A DNA stretch of 64,000 nucleotides from Methanobacteriota archaeon (GTDB lineage Archaea; Thermoplasmatota; E2; DHVEG-1). The translations under genes and the position numbers were made by a program. A model generated the notes under the pieces. That model made no database searches. It saw nothing but the letters and a program-made list of their open reading frames with translations, and was not told the origin of the DNA. Below are positions 24,801 through 34,979 of this stretch, piece after piece; positions within the stretch are counted from its first letter, which is position 1, and each line of letters opens with the position of its first letter. The DNA lies in NCBI GenBank assembly GCA_963769885.1, contig CAVYNH010000005.1:1-64000 (forward strand), in the 5' to 3' direction.

Positions 24801-25799
24801 TTATTGTTTAAAATCCATTTTTGGCAGCCATCGTTCTTTTTGAGTAACCGGGTCCACCCAGATGAGGTATTTCCTGATCGCATTCGGAAACGCGACCTCA
24901 AGGTCATCGATAAGCTTCGAGAGTTCATTATGGTCTTTCACATAGGCTTGAAACGACAAATCCCCCCAACCGACGTTCATGATTATAATGTCGTACACAT
25001 TCGGTTTTTCCTTCAGAAACCCCAAGATCATCGTCCTCATCGACTGGTTCTTTAAAAAAAGATTGACCGCAGTCTCCTGCAGCCCGAACTTCGTGGGATT
25101 GATGCCCACGCGGAACGCCTGGATGATGTTCTTCTCCCTCAGCCGCTTGATTCGGTACTGCATCGTCTGTGAGGACGAGTGGAACCGCTTCGCCAACTCA
25201 AGCAGCGGCATCCGCGCGTGCAAGACCAGGGCATCAAGGATCCGGTAATCAAGCTGATCGATTTGGACCCAGCTCCCCTCGCAACTCGTCTGATAGAACT
25301 CCCGGTCAGGGACAGGCTCATCGATTAAATACGATTTCTTACAGGCCATCACATGGGTCAGTATCGACACCGTGCTCTGGGCGAAATACTGGTCATACAA
25401 TTGAAGCGTGTTGATCCAGTACCGATTGAAGGCATAGACGTCCTTCACCCAAAGAACCACATCGAGATCCAAAGGCCCTTTCGACGTGATGACCGCCCAG
25501 GCGTCCTCGTTGTCCATAAAATATTTGATAATCTCCGATTTGACCTTCGGAGTGACATCGATGAAGTTGATGTAGACCCGAAACACGTAATACCCAAGCT
25601 TGAACGTGTTAATCGCAGTCCAATACCCAGTGATGATCCCCTCCTCTTCCATCCTTTTGATTCTATACGTGGTCACCTCTTTTGATAACCCGACCCTCCG
25701 GGCGATTTGCGCGTTGGATTGCCGGCAATTCAGGTCCAATTCATAGAGGATTTTCCTATCCTTGGCGTCCACATCAACCATGGGATCATCTCCCTTCAT
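24801..25799 (-). CDS. Tandem Lrp/AsnC-family transcriptional regulator
   Basis: Two AsnC wHTH units (DAKDRKILYELDLNCRQSNAQIAR and DQLDYRILDALVLHARMPLLELAK). Confidence 0.9.
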   Translation of the reverse strand: MKGDDPMVDVDAKDRKILYELDLNCRQSNAQIARRVGLSKEVTTYRIKRMEEEGIITGYWTAINTFKLGYYVFRVYINFIDVTPKVKSEIIKYFMDNEDAWAVITSKGPLDLDVVLWVKDVYAFNRYWINTLQLYDQYFAQSTVSILTHVMACKKSYLIDEPVPDREFYQTSCEGSWVQIDQLDYRILDALVLHARMPLLELAKRFHSSSQTMQYRIKRLREKNIIQAFRVGINPTKFGLQETAVNLFLKNQSMRTMILGFLKEKPNVYDIIIMNVGWGDLSFQAYVKDHNELSKLIDDLEVAFPNAIRKYLIWVDPVTQKERWLPKMDFKQ

Positions 25800-26000
25800 C
25801 GTCGAAATCAGCCGTAGTCGACTCAGGAATCAAGTCCGAACAAAATTCCCCGATCCTGAAGGTCAATCTCAGCGATCTCCCCGTTTTTCATAATAGTAAA
25901 AAGAAAGGTGGTATTTTAGAATTTTGTGCAAAAACACCGACCCAGGATTAATAATTTCATACACTGTTCAACGTATGACGAATTTCAACCAAGTGAATAA

Positions 26001-26249
26001 ATGAAAAAAGAGAAAAATTCATCAAAACAAGAACACGCAATCCTCCTCAAAGCCACCGTAGTCTACACAGATGGGACCCAAGAACAGTTCAAGGCCATCC
26101 AAACCACCCCGAAAGGCATCCTTATCGGAAAAACCCAAGATACCAACAAAAAAGAGACATTCTATGCCTTTGGATTCATTCCAAACCAGAGCATAAAAAA
26201 AATCGAAGGAAACGAAAACAAAAAGAAGCCAAGCCAACACAAACCCTAA
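26001..26249 (+). CDS. Small hypothetical protein
   Basis: 82-aa ORF with native A/C-rich codon usage. Confidence 0.6.
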   Translation: MKKEKNSSKQEHAILLKATVVYTDGTQEQFKAIQTTPKGILIGKTQDTNKKETFYAFGFIPNQSIKKIEGNENKKKPSQHKP

Positions 26250-26410
26250 CCACGAACGCCCACCCAAAAAGAAGGGATGCACACTACCCTAAAATCGCTT
26301 TCAAACACACAATAATTTAGTCTTTTCTTACATATAGAACCATCCGACAAGCATCATCATTTTCTCAAAAGTAAAATACAAAAATAAATTTTAGAAAAAA
26401 AAGAAAAATA

Positions 26411-27739
26411 ATGAAAATACGGTTTTATCTATACCCGAGTAAATTTGACTATTTGATGAATATGAATGAAAGAAACGACACGACCAAAATGAAGGCTGGT
26501 GACCGCCCCCGGATGACCTGGCAAAAAACCGGACAAAGGCACCGAACAGTCCACAAGGCGTTCGCCCTCTTCACAATCGCACTTGTCATCACAATCCCAA
26601 CCATGTCAGTAACCGGCGAAACGCAACAAAACCAAGGAAAAACCATAAAATATTATGAATACAAAAACAACCTCTTCACCTACCGCGCAGAAATCCTCAG
26701 CAGCAACACCTCAACAATCACCCTCCGGGAAACATACTACAACTCAACAGCAAACATAAAAGTCTCCTTCACCAACACCTACAGCCTCAACGATAGAAAA
26801 TGCCTCAACCCCGCATCCGACAACTACCTCTGGATTTGGATCACACCCGCTGATCTCACAAAGGACTCCATCCAAGCAAGCGACAAAACACTCACTATCA
26901 CAGAGACCACACCAACCTATTACATCCTCACCTACCACGATGCAGCGGGAAACCAGGGATCGCTGTACTATAACCGCAACACCCTCATCCTGGAAAAAAC
27001 CATAGACCACGTCCAGGACAAATGCCTCTCAACCCAGCTCATCAGCACCGGCTTGACCACCGATGAAGGAACCAACACTCAAAACCCTGTCCAAGCCGGC
27101 CAAGTCAGTTCACCAAGCCCCGACATCCACACCCTCGGAACCACCACCTACTACCCACCTTATTACTCAGCGTACGGAGACAAATACTCCTACTCCGAAG
27201 GGCCGTGCAACGCGAGAGCTAGCTGGTCAGCCAGCTACACCACAGGAGCCCAATACAACTATTGCTGGGTCGACTCCTCAGGATTCCTCTCACGAGGCAT
27301 CGCGCAATCCTGGGCCTGGGTCACCGGCCCAAGCGGCGGCAAATTCTCCTGCACCAAGTCAGGCGCCTACCAGATTAAAATGCAGGTAAACCTCTACGGC
27401 GCAACCTACATGTTCATCATCAACGCAGGATGGGCAGGGACCGGCTACGCCGCAGGAAAAAACATCCTCTATGGATACCTTTATGACTACGACACCGGAT
27501 ACATCGCTGGGACCACAACCAACACCCTCTTCGACGGATCGGCCGTGCCCACAAACTACAGAGTCTGGAACAACGTGCCAGTCACCCTCACCTACAACGT
27601 GAACCTCTTCTCCGGACATCGCTATTACTTTAAGACATTGATTTACGGAGAATTCAGGGCGGGGTCGATCGGCATCGGAGGTGCACACTCAGAAACAGGC
27701 TTGACCGCCACGCTTCAAAACGTGAAAACCATCATCTAA
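26411..27739 (+). CDS. Secreted two-domain hypothetical protein (start probably at a downstream Met)
   Basis: Hydrophobic signal FALFTIALVITIPTMSV, a T/N/Q/P linker and a beta-rich C-terminal domain with Cys residues. Confidence 0.7.
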   Translation: MKIRFYLYPSKFDYLMNMNERNDTTKMKAGDRPRMTWQKTGQRHRTVHKAFALFTIALVITIPTMSVTGETQQNQGKTIKYYEYKNNLFTYRAEILSSNTSTITLRETYYNSTANIKVSFTNTYSLNDRKCLNPASDNYLWIWITPADLTKDSIQASDKTLTITETTPTYYILTYHDAAGNQGSLYYNRNTLILEKTIDHVQDKCLSTQLISTGLTTDEGTNTQNPVQAGQVSSPSPDIHTLGTTTYYPPYYSAYGDKYSYSEGPCNARASWSASYTTGAQYNYCWVDSSGFLSRGIAQSWAWVTGPSGGKFSCTKSGAYQIKMQVNLYGATYMFIINAGWAGTGYAAGKNILYGYLYDYDTGYIAGTTTNTLFDGSAVPTNYRVWNNVPVTLTYNVNLFSGHRYYFKTLIYGEFRAGSIGIGGAHSETGLTATLQNVKTII

Positions 27740-27794
27740 GCGGAGGCAGTCAATCCTCCCTTATTCTTTATTAAAAAAATGAGGTGAAAAAAAC

Positions 27795-28100
27795 ATGTCG
27801 GAACTCGCTCAAATCCTCTTCTCCATCCTCTTCATCCTCTTCCTGATCGGCGTCACAGTCTTCTTCTACTGGAACGAAAAAAAGATCAGCAAAGACCTCC
27901 CAAAAACGACAATACGAAAGCAGTACCGAGAGGCTATCCTCATCGGGATCATCATCATGGGACTAGGGACTATCTTAATCCTCCTGACACTCTATTCCAC
28001 AACCGATTCCTACCCGGGATGGATCTGCTTATCCGCCGGCCTGCTGGTCACCTTCACCAGCCTCATCAGCTACTATCGAGCAATGAGAAAACAGACCTGA
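27795..28100 (+). CDS. Small 3-TM membrane protein
   Basis: GAGGTGA RBS and three hydrophobic segments. Confidence 0.75.
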   Translation: MSELAQILFSILFILFLIGVTVFFYWNEKKISKDLPKTTIRKQYREAILIGIIIMGLGTILILLTLYSTTDSYPGWICLSAGLLVTFTSLISYYRAMRKQT

Positions 28101-28271
28101 CCTCTTGGAAGACGATCAACGTTGATCTGAATAACGCGGGGTTGATGCTTGGGACGAAGGAGTCTTAGTCGACCGTAACATCATCTCGAGCTGCGGGCCG
28201 CGGGACATTCCGGTATTTATAAAGGCACCCTAGCAGATGCCGCAGGCGAACCGTGTCGAGGTGGAAAGCGT

Positions 28272-28487
28272 ATGAAGATCAAAATCGATAGGGAGGGCTG
28301 CATCCAGTGCGGGGCCTGCGCGAGCACGTGTCCGGATGTCTTCGAGCTGCCCGACGATGAGAAGGCGCGGGTGGTCGAGAAGTACGCCGGGAGCGACCCC
28401 TCCGAGGGTGAGGTGGGCAGCGACCTCAGCGCCTGCGCGCAGAGCGCGGCCGACAGCTGCCCGGTCAGCGTCATCACCACTGAGTAG
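28272..28487 (+). CDS. Monocluster ferredoxin
   Basis: CIQCGACASTCPDVF...AADSCPVSVI. Confidence 0.9.
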   Translation: MKIKIDREGCIQCGACASTCPDVFELPDDEKARVVEKYAGSDPSEGEVGSDLSACAQSAADSCPVSVITTE

Positions 28488-28692
28488 AACACCCGGGGAC
28501 TCTTTTTCCCACGTTTTTCCATCTAACGATAAACGATAGGAAGGAATCTATTTTTAGTGCCCATCCTAAGGAGTGCGTCCTCACCGCCGGTCACATCAAA
28601 TTATCGCTTAACGTTTAATGCAAAACTATAAATAGGCGCGCCGACACAATATATAGTGAAGAGGTATACAAGGCCAACAAGTGAGGAGATTT

Positions 28693-29628
28693 ATGTCATC
28701 TAGAACCATTCAGTATATAGAAGAAAATCTGCGGTGCCCAGAATGTCATTCTCATAAACTCAGTCAGGACCAGCACCACGCAGAAATCGTCTGCCAGCGT
28801 TGCGGCTACGTCCTCGACTCAGACCTCATCGACTACGGCCCTGAATGGCGGGCATTCGACCACGAGCAGTACACCAAACGCGCCCACACGGGCGCCCCCA
28901 TCAACCCCCTCCTCCCCGACAAGGGACTCAGCACCGAAATTGGCTGGAAGAACGTCGACTACCGCGGCGCCAGTATCCCACACCGTAACCGCGCCCAGCT
29001 CAATCGACTCCGCCGATGGAACCGCCGCACTCGCGTTAGTAACGCCATTCAACGCAACATCACCCAGGCTATCACTTCCATCACCCGCATCTCATCCCGC
29101 CTGGGACTTCCCCAATCCATCCGGGAGACAGCTGCCTTCATCTACCGCAAAGCGACACTAGATAATCTCGTCCGCGGACGACGCATGGAAGGCATGGCAG
29201 CCGCCGCCCTCTACGCGGCCTGTCGGCAATGCAACCTTCCACGGACCCTGGATGAAATCGTCCAAGTAACCTCGGCTTCGCGCACCGAGATTGGCCGCGG
29301 TTACCGCCACCTGGCCAAAGAACTGCAGCTCAAACTCCTGCCGACCGCACCCCAAGACTACCTCCCCAGGTTTGGCAACCAACTGCAAATCAGCAACGAC
29401 GTCTTGGAGAAAGCCAAGGAGATCCTCGACGAGGCGGACCGCAAGAACATCACCAACGGCCGCGGGCCCACGGGACTGGCGACCGCCGCCCTGTACATCT
29501 CCTCAATCCTCTGCAACAAACGCACAACCCAGAAGAAGATTGCGGACACCATCGGCATCACCGAAGTCACCATCCGCAACCGCTACAAAGAACTGGCAGA
29601 AAAACTCAACATCGCCATCGACATTTAA
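28693..29628 (+). CDS. tfb: Transcription initiation factor IIB
   Basis: Zn ribbon CPEC...CQRCG, B-reader GPEWRAF, two cyclin repeats (RGR, GRGP, TEVTIRNRYKEL). TATA-like CTATAAATA at about 28626. Confidence 0.95.
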   Translation: MSSRTIQYIEENLRCPECHSHKLSQDQHHAEIVCQRCGYVLDSDLIDYGPEWRAFDHEQYTKRAHTGAPINPLLPDKGLSTEIGWKNVDYRGASIPHRNRAQLNRLRRWNRRTRVSNAIQRNITQAITSITRISSRLGLPQSIRETAAFIYRKATLDNLVRGRRMEGMAAAALYAACRQCNLPRTLDEIVQVTSASRTEIGRGYRHLAKELQLKLLPTAPQDYLPRFGNQLQISNDVLEKAKEILDEADRKNITNGRGPTGLATAALYISSILCNKRTTQKKIADTIGITEVTIRNRYKELAEKLNIAIDI

Positions 29629-29730
29629 AATTCCTCTGAGAACACGACTCTTCATTTTGCTCTTTCTTCAATTAATTTTGCCTCGACTTTCAGTCAAGGT
29701 TCAATAATAGGAGAAAAGTGAAAAAAATGC

Positions 29731-30110
29731 ATGTTTAAGGACAGAGAGGAGGCAGGCCGCTGGCTCGCCCAGGCCCTCCACCGCTATAAGGACACCCCCG
29801 GATACCATCCTCCTCGCCATCCCCCGAGTCAGGGTTCGGCGCCATCGCCGAAGACGGCAGTCTCTACCCCAACACCGTCTACTGGCTTCCCCAACAGACC
29901 GTGGACCGAATCATCCAACAACAGAAAATGGAGATTGCCAGGCGTATTCATTCCCCGAGAGGCGACCCAGCCACTGCCCAATCTCCAAGGGAAGACCATG
30001 ATCCCCGCGGTACCACCGGGTTTCCACGCGGTCGCCTGATTCTACGAGCATTGGTACGACGTCTCAGACAAGGAAGTGCTCGACCTATTCCACTCCAAGC
30101 AAGATCATGA
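29731..30110 (+). pseudogene. Decayed phosphoribosyltransferase-family gene
   Basis: Fragments MFKDREEAGRWLAQAL, ILLAIP, FGAIAEDG, LPNLQGKT, FHAVA*FYEHWYDVSDKEV lie across several frames with deletions. Confidence 0.7.
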
Positions 30111-30674
30111 TCCCGAGAACTCAAATGCGACAAGTAACGGCCAGAAGATATCGACAAAAATCACCGTTACTATCGCGACAAGCAGGCAGATGACAGGATA
30201 TAACAAGCCGGTGACAATGACCGCAAAATTCATTAAAAAGACCCAAACCCCAAGCATCGTCAACGGAGTGAGCAGGACCACAGGGATCCACGTGACCAGA
30301 CCAACGATAAGTCCCAGAAAGAAGTTAAAAAAAGGCCCCAGGCTCAAGACCGCCTTTGAGTGGCCCAAGGCTGCGGTTATAATAGGCTGCGACCCGGACC
30401 GCGGCAGCCTCTCCCTTAATGTAGTGAAGCAAGAACGAAGAGATTGACAAACCTCTCGCACCGAGGCGCGCGCGACCGCCAGGCAAACCGCTGGGAACCT
30501 CCCCTTCAGGCCTTTTCCAGCACGGAGGTCTTGGAGGAGCTTCTCGAGGGCCGCCTTCTTGGCAAGAGCTGTCATGGGAGCCGAGCTTTGCACCTGGGCC
30601 ACGACCGTCGACGCCGAGACCATCAGCGCGACTGCCGCAAGGGAGACGGCCGCCGCTCTGCCCCGCCTACTCAT
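30105..30674 (-). CDS. Membrane protein with signal-like N-terminus (paralog of the upstream gene)
   Basis: VVAQVQSSAPM, GLVTWIP, IFWP. Confidence 0.7.
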   Translation of the reverse strand: MSRRGRAAAVSLAAVALMVSASTVVAQVQSSAPMTALAKKAALEKLLQDLRAGKGLKGRFPAVCLAVARASVREVCQSLRSCFTTLRERLPRSGSQPIITAALGHSKAVLSLGPFFNFFLGLIVGLVTWIPVVLLTPLTMLGVWVFLMNFAVIVTGLLYPVICLLVAIVTVIFVDIFWPLLVAFEFSGS

Positions 30675-31419
30675 CCATCACCGTCCAGTCCTCCGTGGCC
30701 CCGCCACCGTTTGCCAGCATGTAAATGACGAATATAATTGGCCAAAAAATGATGATGAGCAAGGTGATGATGAGAGCCTCGATAAAGCAATACGGGATGA
30801 CAATCGTCGGAAAGATGACGATGAGTCCGAAGGGCGTCACGATGATCTGAAGCCATTCGAGCACCAATGAAATGAAGATTTTAGGGAAGATATAGATTAT
30901 GGTGAAGATAGCGCCCGGGATCCACGTGATGATGCCAACGATGAACAAGATTGCGATCACGACAACCGCGGTCAAGATGGGGAAGTACAACGCCAACGCG
31001 CCATCCTTCTGGGGGGCATGGAAATGGCTGTAAAAGTACTGGAATTCCTGTGACGACAGGAATCGCTGAAAGGCCTTGCTGTGGACAATCTGTTGGACAT
31101 TGGGGTTCTCGAGTGCCTGGTGAAGCTTTTCGCTGCTGAGAAGAATGTAGACCTCCGGGCGGTTCATGAGGGCGATGAACGTCTGATTGGTCAGGAGATC
31201 GATGCGCAGGAACGTACGAGAAAATGCCGCAGCATGGAGCCTGGACATGCCGAGCCGTAGTTTCCCGTACAACTGCTGCAATTCAGGCGCGAACTGCGCC
31301 CGTCGCGCAATCAGGTTCATGGCCGGCGCGCTCTGCGTTTGAGCGACCGCGGTCGCACAAGACAGTAACAATGCAGCGGCGAGCACAGACAGCGCTGACA
31401 CAAAAATCGACTTTATCAT
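30667..31419 (-). CDS. Membrane protein with signal-like N-terminus (paralog of the downstream gene)
   Basis: AVAQTQSAPAM, GIITWIP, IFWP. Start at ATG 31419, with a TATA-like TTTATATAA upstream. Confidence 0.7.
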   Translation of the reverse strand: MIKSIFVSALSVLAAALLLSCATAVAQTQSAPAMNLIARRAQFAPELQQLYGKLRLGMSRLHAAAFSRTFLRIDLLTNQTFIALMNRPEVYILLSSEKLHQALENPNVQQIVHSKAFQRFLSSQEFQYFYSHFHAPQKDGALALYFPILTAVVVIAILFIVGIITWIPGAIFTIIYIFPKIFISLVLEWLQIIVTPFGLIVIFPTIVIPYCFIEALIITLLIIIFWPIIFVIYMLANGGGATEDWTVMDE

Positions 31420-31607
31420 ACCTTTCCTCGAGAAAATAAATCGAACTGAACTTATATAAACATTACTTGTCCAATAAATCCCCATTTGTTTAAAAAGGAA
31501 TCCAACGAGGAAGGAGGCTATTTTTCACTTGTTTTCAAACCGAAATTCAATCACCATTTTATAAAGGAAAAACAAACATAATCACAACTTCGAAAGGGTG
31601 AAATTTC

Positions 31608-31871
31608 ATGGAGATACGGCAGTCGAGCCTCCCTATCGATCAGACCATCAACGACTCGGTACTCATCGGCAAGAAAGTCATGGACAAAGACGTCACCAAC
31701 ATCGAGGGTAAAAAACTCGGCATGGTAAAAGAGGCTCGTCGCATTGGCCCTGCCAATGAGTTCGTCAGCTTCATCATCGAATAAAACCACGACGAAAAAG
31801 ACCTCATCGTTGGAGAAACCGACATCAAGGAGATTCGGCGCCATCGTCGAACCGAACATCCCCGCCTATGA
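31608..31871 (+). pseudogene. PRC-barrel-like small gene with an internal TAA
   Basis: MEIRQ...VMDKDVTNIEGKKLGMVKE...FIIE*NHDEKDLIVGETDIKEI, with a GGGTGA RBS. Confidence 0.5.
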
Positions 31872-32125
31872 AAAAAACCCAGGCTCTCTTTTTTCCCTTT
31901 TCTCTCCTTAGTTCAGTGAACCCTCCCGCCTGTTCTCCGCACCCTCATGATATAAATAAGAGGTGAACAAACTTAAAATACCGTCACCTCTTCAGGAGGA
32001 CAACAGAAGGGGCTCAATCACCTCCCTTTTGAAGCAAACCAGGAAACCACACCTCAAAAAAAGCAAGGGTTGTCCAATACAATATTTATATTGGAAACAC
32101 CGACGTAACCTATGAGGCTAGTGAC

Positions 32126-32887
32126 GTGACCAAAGACGTCGTCATTGAAGCGAGAGGACTCACCAAGGTCTACCCCAGTGGCGACAAGGAATTCAAAGCC
32201 CTCGACAACGTCACTTTCAAGATTTTCCGCGGTGAATTCATCATCGTCATGGGCCCCTCAGGATCCGGTAAAAGCACGCTCATGAACATCATCGGCTGCC
32301 TCGACCGCCCCACCTCGGGAGAACTCTACATCGAAGGCCAAAGTATCACCGGCCTCTCTGACAGCCAGCTCGCCGAGATTCGCGGTGAAAAAAACGGCTT
32401 CATCTTCCAATCCTTCAACCTCATCCCCCACCTCTCTGCCCTTCGCAACGTCGCCCTCCCCCTCGCATTTAAAGGAGTCGCACGCGTCGACCGCGATAAC
32501 AAAGCCCGCGAGATGCTGAAGAAAATGGGCATCGACCAATGGGCACAGAAGCATCCCAACCAACTCTCCGGCGGTGAACAGCAGCGTGTCGCGATTGCCC
32601 GCGCACTTGCCAACGACCCCGCCGTCATCATCGCCGACGAACCCACCGGCAACCTCGACAGCGCCATCGGCCAACAGGTCATGCACCTCCTTAAAGTCAT
32701 CAGCAAGGAAGGCAGGACCATCCTCCTCGTCACTCATGACGCGAACCTCGTCAGCTACGGCACCCGCCTTGTCGGCATGAAAGATGGTAAGATCGTTAGC
32801 GGCAGAGAACTCCGCACCCAGTTCACCAGCCGCAGAACCGCCCCTGACACCGCCGCCACCAGAAAGACTACCCGGAGGACCACATAA
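32126..32887 (+). CDS. ABC transporter ATP-binding protein (LolD/MacB type)
   Basis: [29 protein letters not shown]. Confidence 0.95.
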   Translation: MTKDVVIEARGLTKVYPSGDKEFKALDNVTFKIFRGEFIIVMGPSGSGKSTLMNIIGCLDRPTSGELYIEGQSITGLSDSQLAEIRGEKNGFIFQSFNLIPHLSALRNVALPLAFKGVARVDRDNKAREMLKKMGIDQWAQKHPNQLSGGEQQRVAIARALANDPAVIIADEPTGNLDSAIGQQVMHLLKVISKEGRTILLVTHDANLVSYGTRLVGMKDGKIVSGRELRTQFTSRRTAPDTAATRKTTRRTT

Positions 32888-34200
32888 TGAAGGACATCTT
32901 CCGGATGAGCCTGCACACCCTGCGCTCCTACAAGCTCAGATCCTTCCTCACACTCCTCGGCGTCATCATCGGCATCGGCTCCGTTATCATCGTCACCAGC
33001 GCCGGACTCTCCGTCAGCGCCTACATCGAACAACAATGGGCCATCTTCGACCCCACCGGCATGATCATCGGCACCGGCATCTCCGGAAACCCACCCCAAC
33101 TCTCCTTCACCGGCCGCGCCTTCACCACCGATGACGTCGACAAGATCAGCGCCCTCCCCAGCGTTCGATCAGTGGCCCCCATCGGCATCTGGCCAATCGA
33201 CAGCCTCGTCCGACGCAACGGTTTATTGAACCGTTCAACCTCAGGGTCACTGACCGCGTACTGCAGCACCCCAGAGATCCTCGACGTCCTCGGCCTTCAA
33301 GTCGAACAGGGGACCATGTTCCAGGATGGAAAAAACGAGATCGTCATCAGCCACGAGATGACCCAGATCTTTGGCCTAGATAAACCACCGCTCAAAGTCG
33401 GCGACACCATTTACATCAAAAAGCTGAACCAGGTAACAACTATCAAGGCGACCATCGTCGGCATCCTTGAAAAGACGAAGAACTTCTCCATCATCAACCA
33501 ATTCCTCCATCCCACCATCATCTGCCCCATCGACCCCTACTACAAGAGCTTCTCCGCCTCGCAAGTCGGCCCCCTCCTCCACAGAGTCACTGTCTTCTCC
33601 CTCCTCTACGCCACCTCCACGGACCGGGAGCACGTCAACAGCGCAGAGACCGAAATCCTCCAATACCTCAACAGCAGCTCATCCGACGCGATAAAATACA
33701 AGGACCCCAACTCCGACTTCGTCGTCCTCACCCAGCAGTACATCATCTCCCGCATCGACCAACTCCTCAACATCGTCACCCTCTTCATCACCGCCATCGC
33801 GATGATCTCCTTAATCGTCGGCGGCATCGGCATCGCCAACATCATGTTCGCCACCGTCACCGAACGGACCAGGGAAATCGGCATCATGATGGCCGTCGGA
33901 GCAAAAAGAGGCGACATCATGAGACTGTTCCTGTACCAATCGACCGTCATCGGCACCATCGGCGCGATCCTTGGCGCGATCCTCGGCACCGTCGGCTCGA
34001 TCTTCGTCGTCCAAATCATCCAGATAAACCTCGGCACCCTCGGGGGTCTGTACGCCCTCGGAGCCATCCCAGTATTATTCGCGTACAACTGGGTCGTCCT
34101 CGCGACCTTCGTCGGCGTCCTCACCGGCATCCTCGCCGGCGTCCTCCCCGCCCTCAAGGCAGCACGCATGGACCCCGTCGTCGCCCTCCGCCACGAATAA
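32887..34200 (+). CDS. ABC transporter permease (MacB/FtsX type)
   Basis: RSFLTLLGVIIGI, VTERTREIG, AARMDPVVALRHE. Confidence 0.95.
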   Translation: MKDIFRMSLHTLRSYKLRSFLTLLGVIIGIGSVIIVTSAGLSVSAYIEQQWAIFDPTGMIIGTGISGNPPQLSFTGRAFTTDDVDKISALPSVRSVAPIGIWPIDSLVRRNGLLNRSTSGSLTAYCSTPEILDVLGLQVEQGTMFQDGKNEIVISHEMTQIFGLDKPPLKVGDTIYIKKLNQVTTIKATIVGILEKTKNFSIINQFLHPTIICPIDPYYKSFSASQVGPLLHRVTVFSLLYATSTDREHVNSAETEILQYLNSSSSDAIKYKDPNSDFVVLTQQYIISRIDQLLNIVTLFITAIAMISLIVGGIGIANIMFATVTERTREIGIMMAVGAKRGDIMRLFLYQSTVIGTIGAILGAILGTVGSIFVVQIIQINLGTLGGLYALGAIPVLFAYNWVVLATFVGVLTGILAGVLPALKAARMDPVVALRHE

Positions 34201-34337
34201 AGAAAAATTTTAGGGGAGCACACCGCACTCAATATTCTCCCTCACGTACGGGTTAGGGCTCCACACCTTGACAATCATCGGTCTTCTCATACTCAATCGC
34301 ACGCTCCTCCCAGTAATCCAAAAGAAAACCCACGGGA

Positions 34338-34919
34338 TTAGGTTCTTTCCGATTCCCGCTCCTCAAGCAGACGGCCGAGGACCGCGAAATCCTGCTCCAT
34401 CGCCTCCCGTACCCGAGGGAACCGCATCCCCGCCGACGGATGGTACGTCACAAAAAACCGCACCCCACCCTTTTCAATCACCGTCCCATGGCGCTGCCGC
34501 AAATCCACTGGCCCGATAAGCGACCGCAGGCTCACCCCGCCTAGACACGCGATTACCCACGGCTTGACGAACGCTATCTGCCTCATCAGCCACAGATCCC
34601 GGCAGGTCTCCAGCTCACAAGGCCGAGGCAGCCGATTCCCCGGAGGGCGACACTTCACCATGGAGGTGATGAAAAACTCATTTCGCGTCCTGCCGATACC
34701 AGCTAATAAGACATCCAGGAATCTCCCGGAACAACCCACGAAGGGCAAGCCGACCTTGTCCTCCTCCCGGCCCGGTGCCTCACCAATGAACATGACCGGG
34801 GCAGAATCCGGGCCTACCCCCGGGACCGCATGATTACGACTCAGCCCAAGCGGACACGCAGTACACCGACGAATCCCCGCTTGAAGGTGCTCAAGGCCGG
34901 AAGTCATCCAAGAACCCAA
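34338..34919 (-). CDS. udg: Uracil-DNA glycosylase family 4
   Basis: CTAC, GEAPG, PFVG, KCRPPGNR, TYHPS. Confidence 0.9.
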   Translation of the reverse strand: MGSWMTSGLEHLQAGIRRCTACPLGLSRNHAVPGVGPDSAPVMFIGEAPGREEDKVGLPFVGCSGRFLDVLLAGIGRTRNEFFITSMVKCRPPGNRLPRPCELETCRDLWLMRQIAFVKPWVIACLGGVSLRSLIGPVDLRQRHGTVIEKGGVRFFVTYHPSAGMRFPRVREAMEQDFAVLGRLLEERESERT

Positions 34920-34979
34920 TCGTCATCACGGTTATGTAGATATCTACGACGCCAAGGACCCCCGCTGACCCACCCTTTT

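Noticed and set aside
31958-32020. AAGAGGTGA...TCACCTCTT hairpin plus AACAGAAGGGGCT (like an RNase P 3' end)
   Set aside because: No matching RNase P 5' motif upstream and the hairpin is short, so function cannot be supported.
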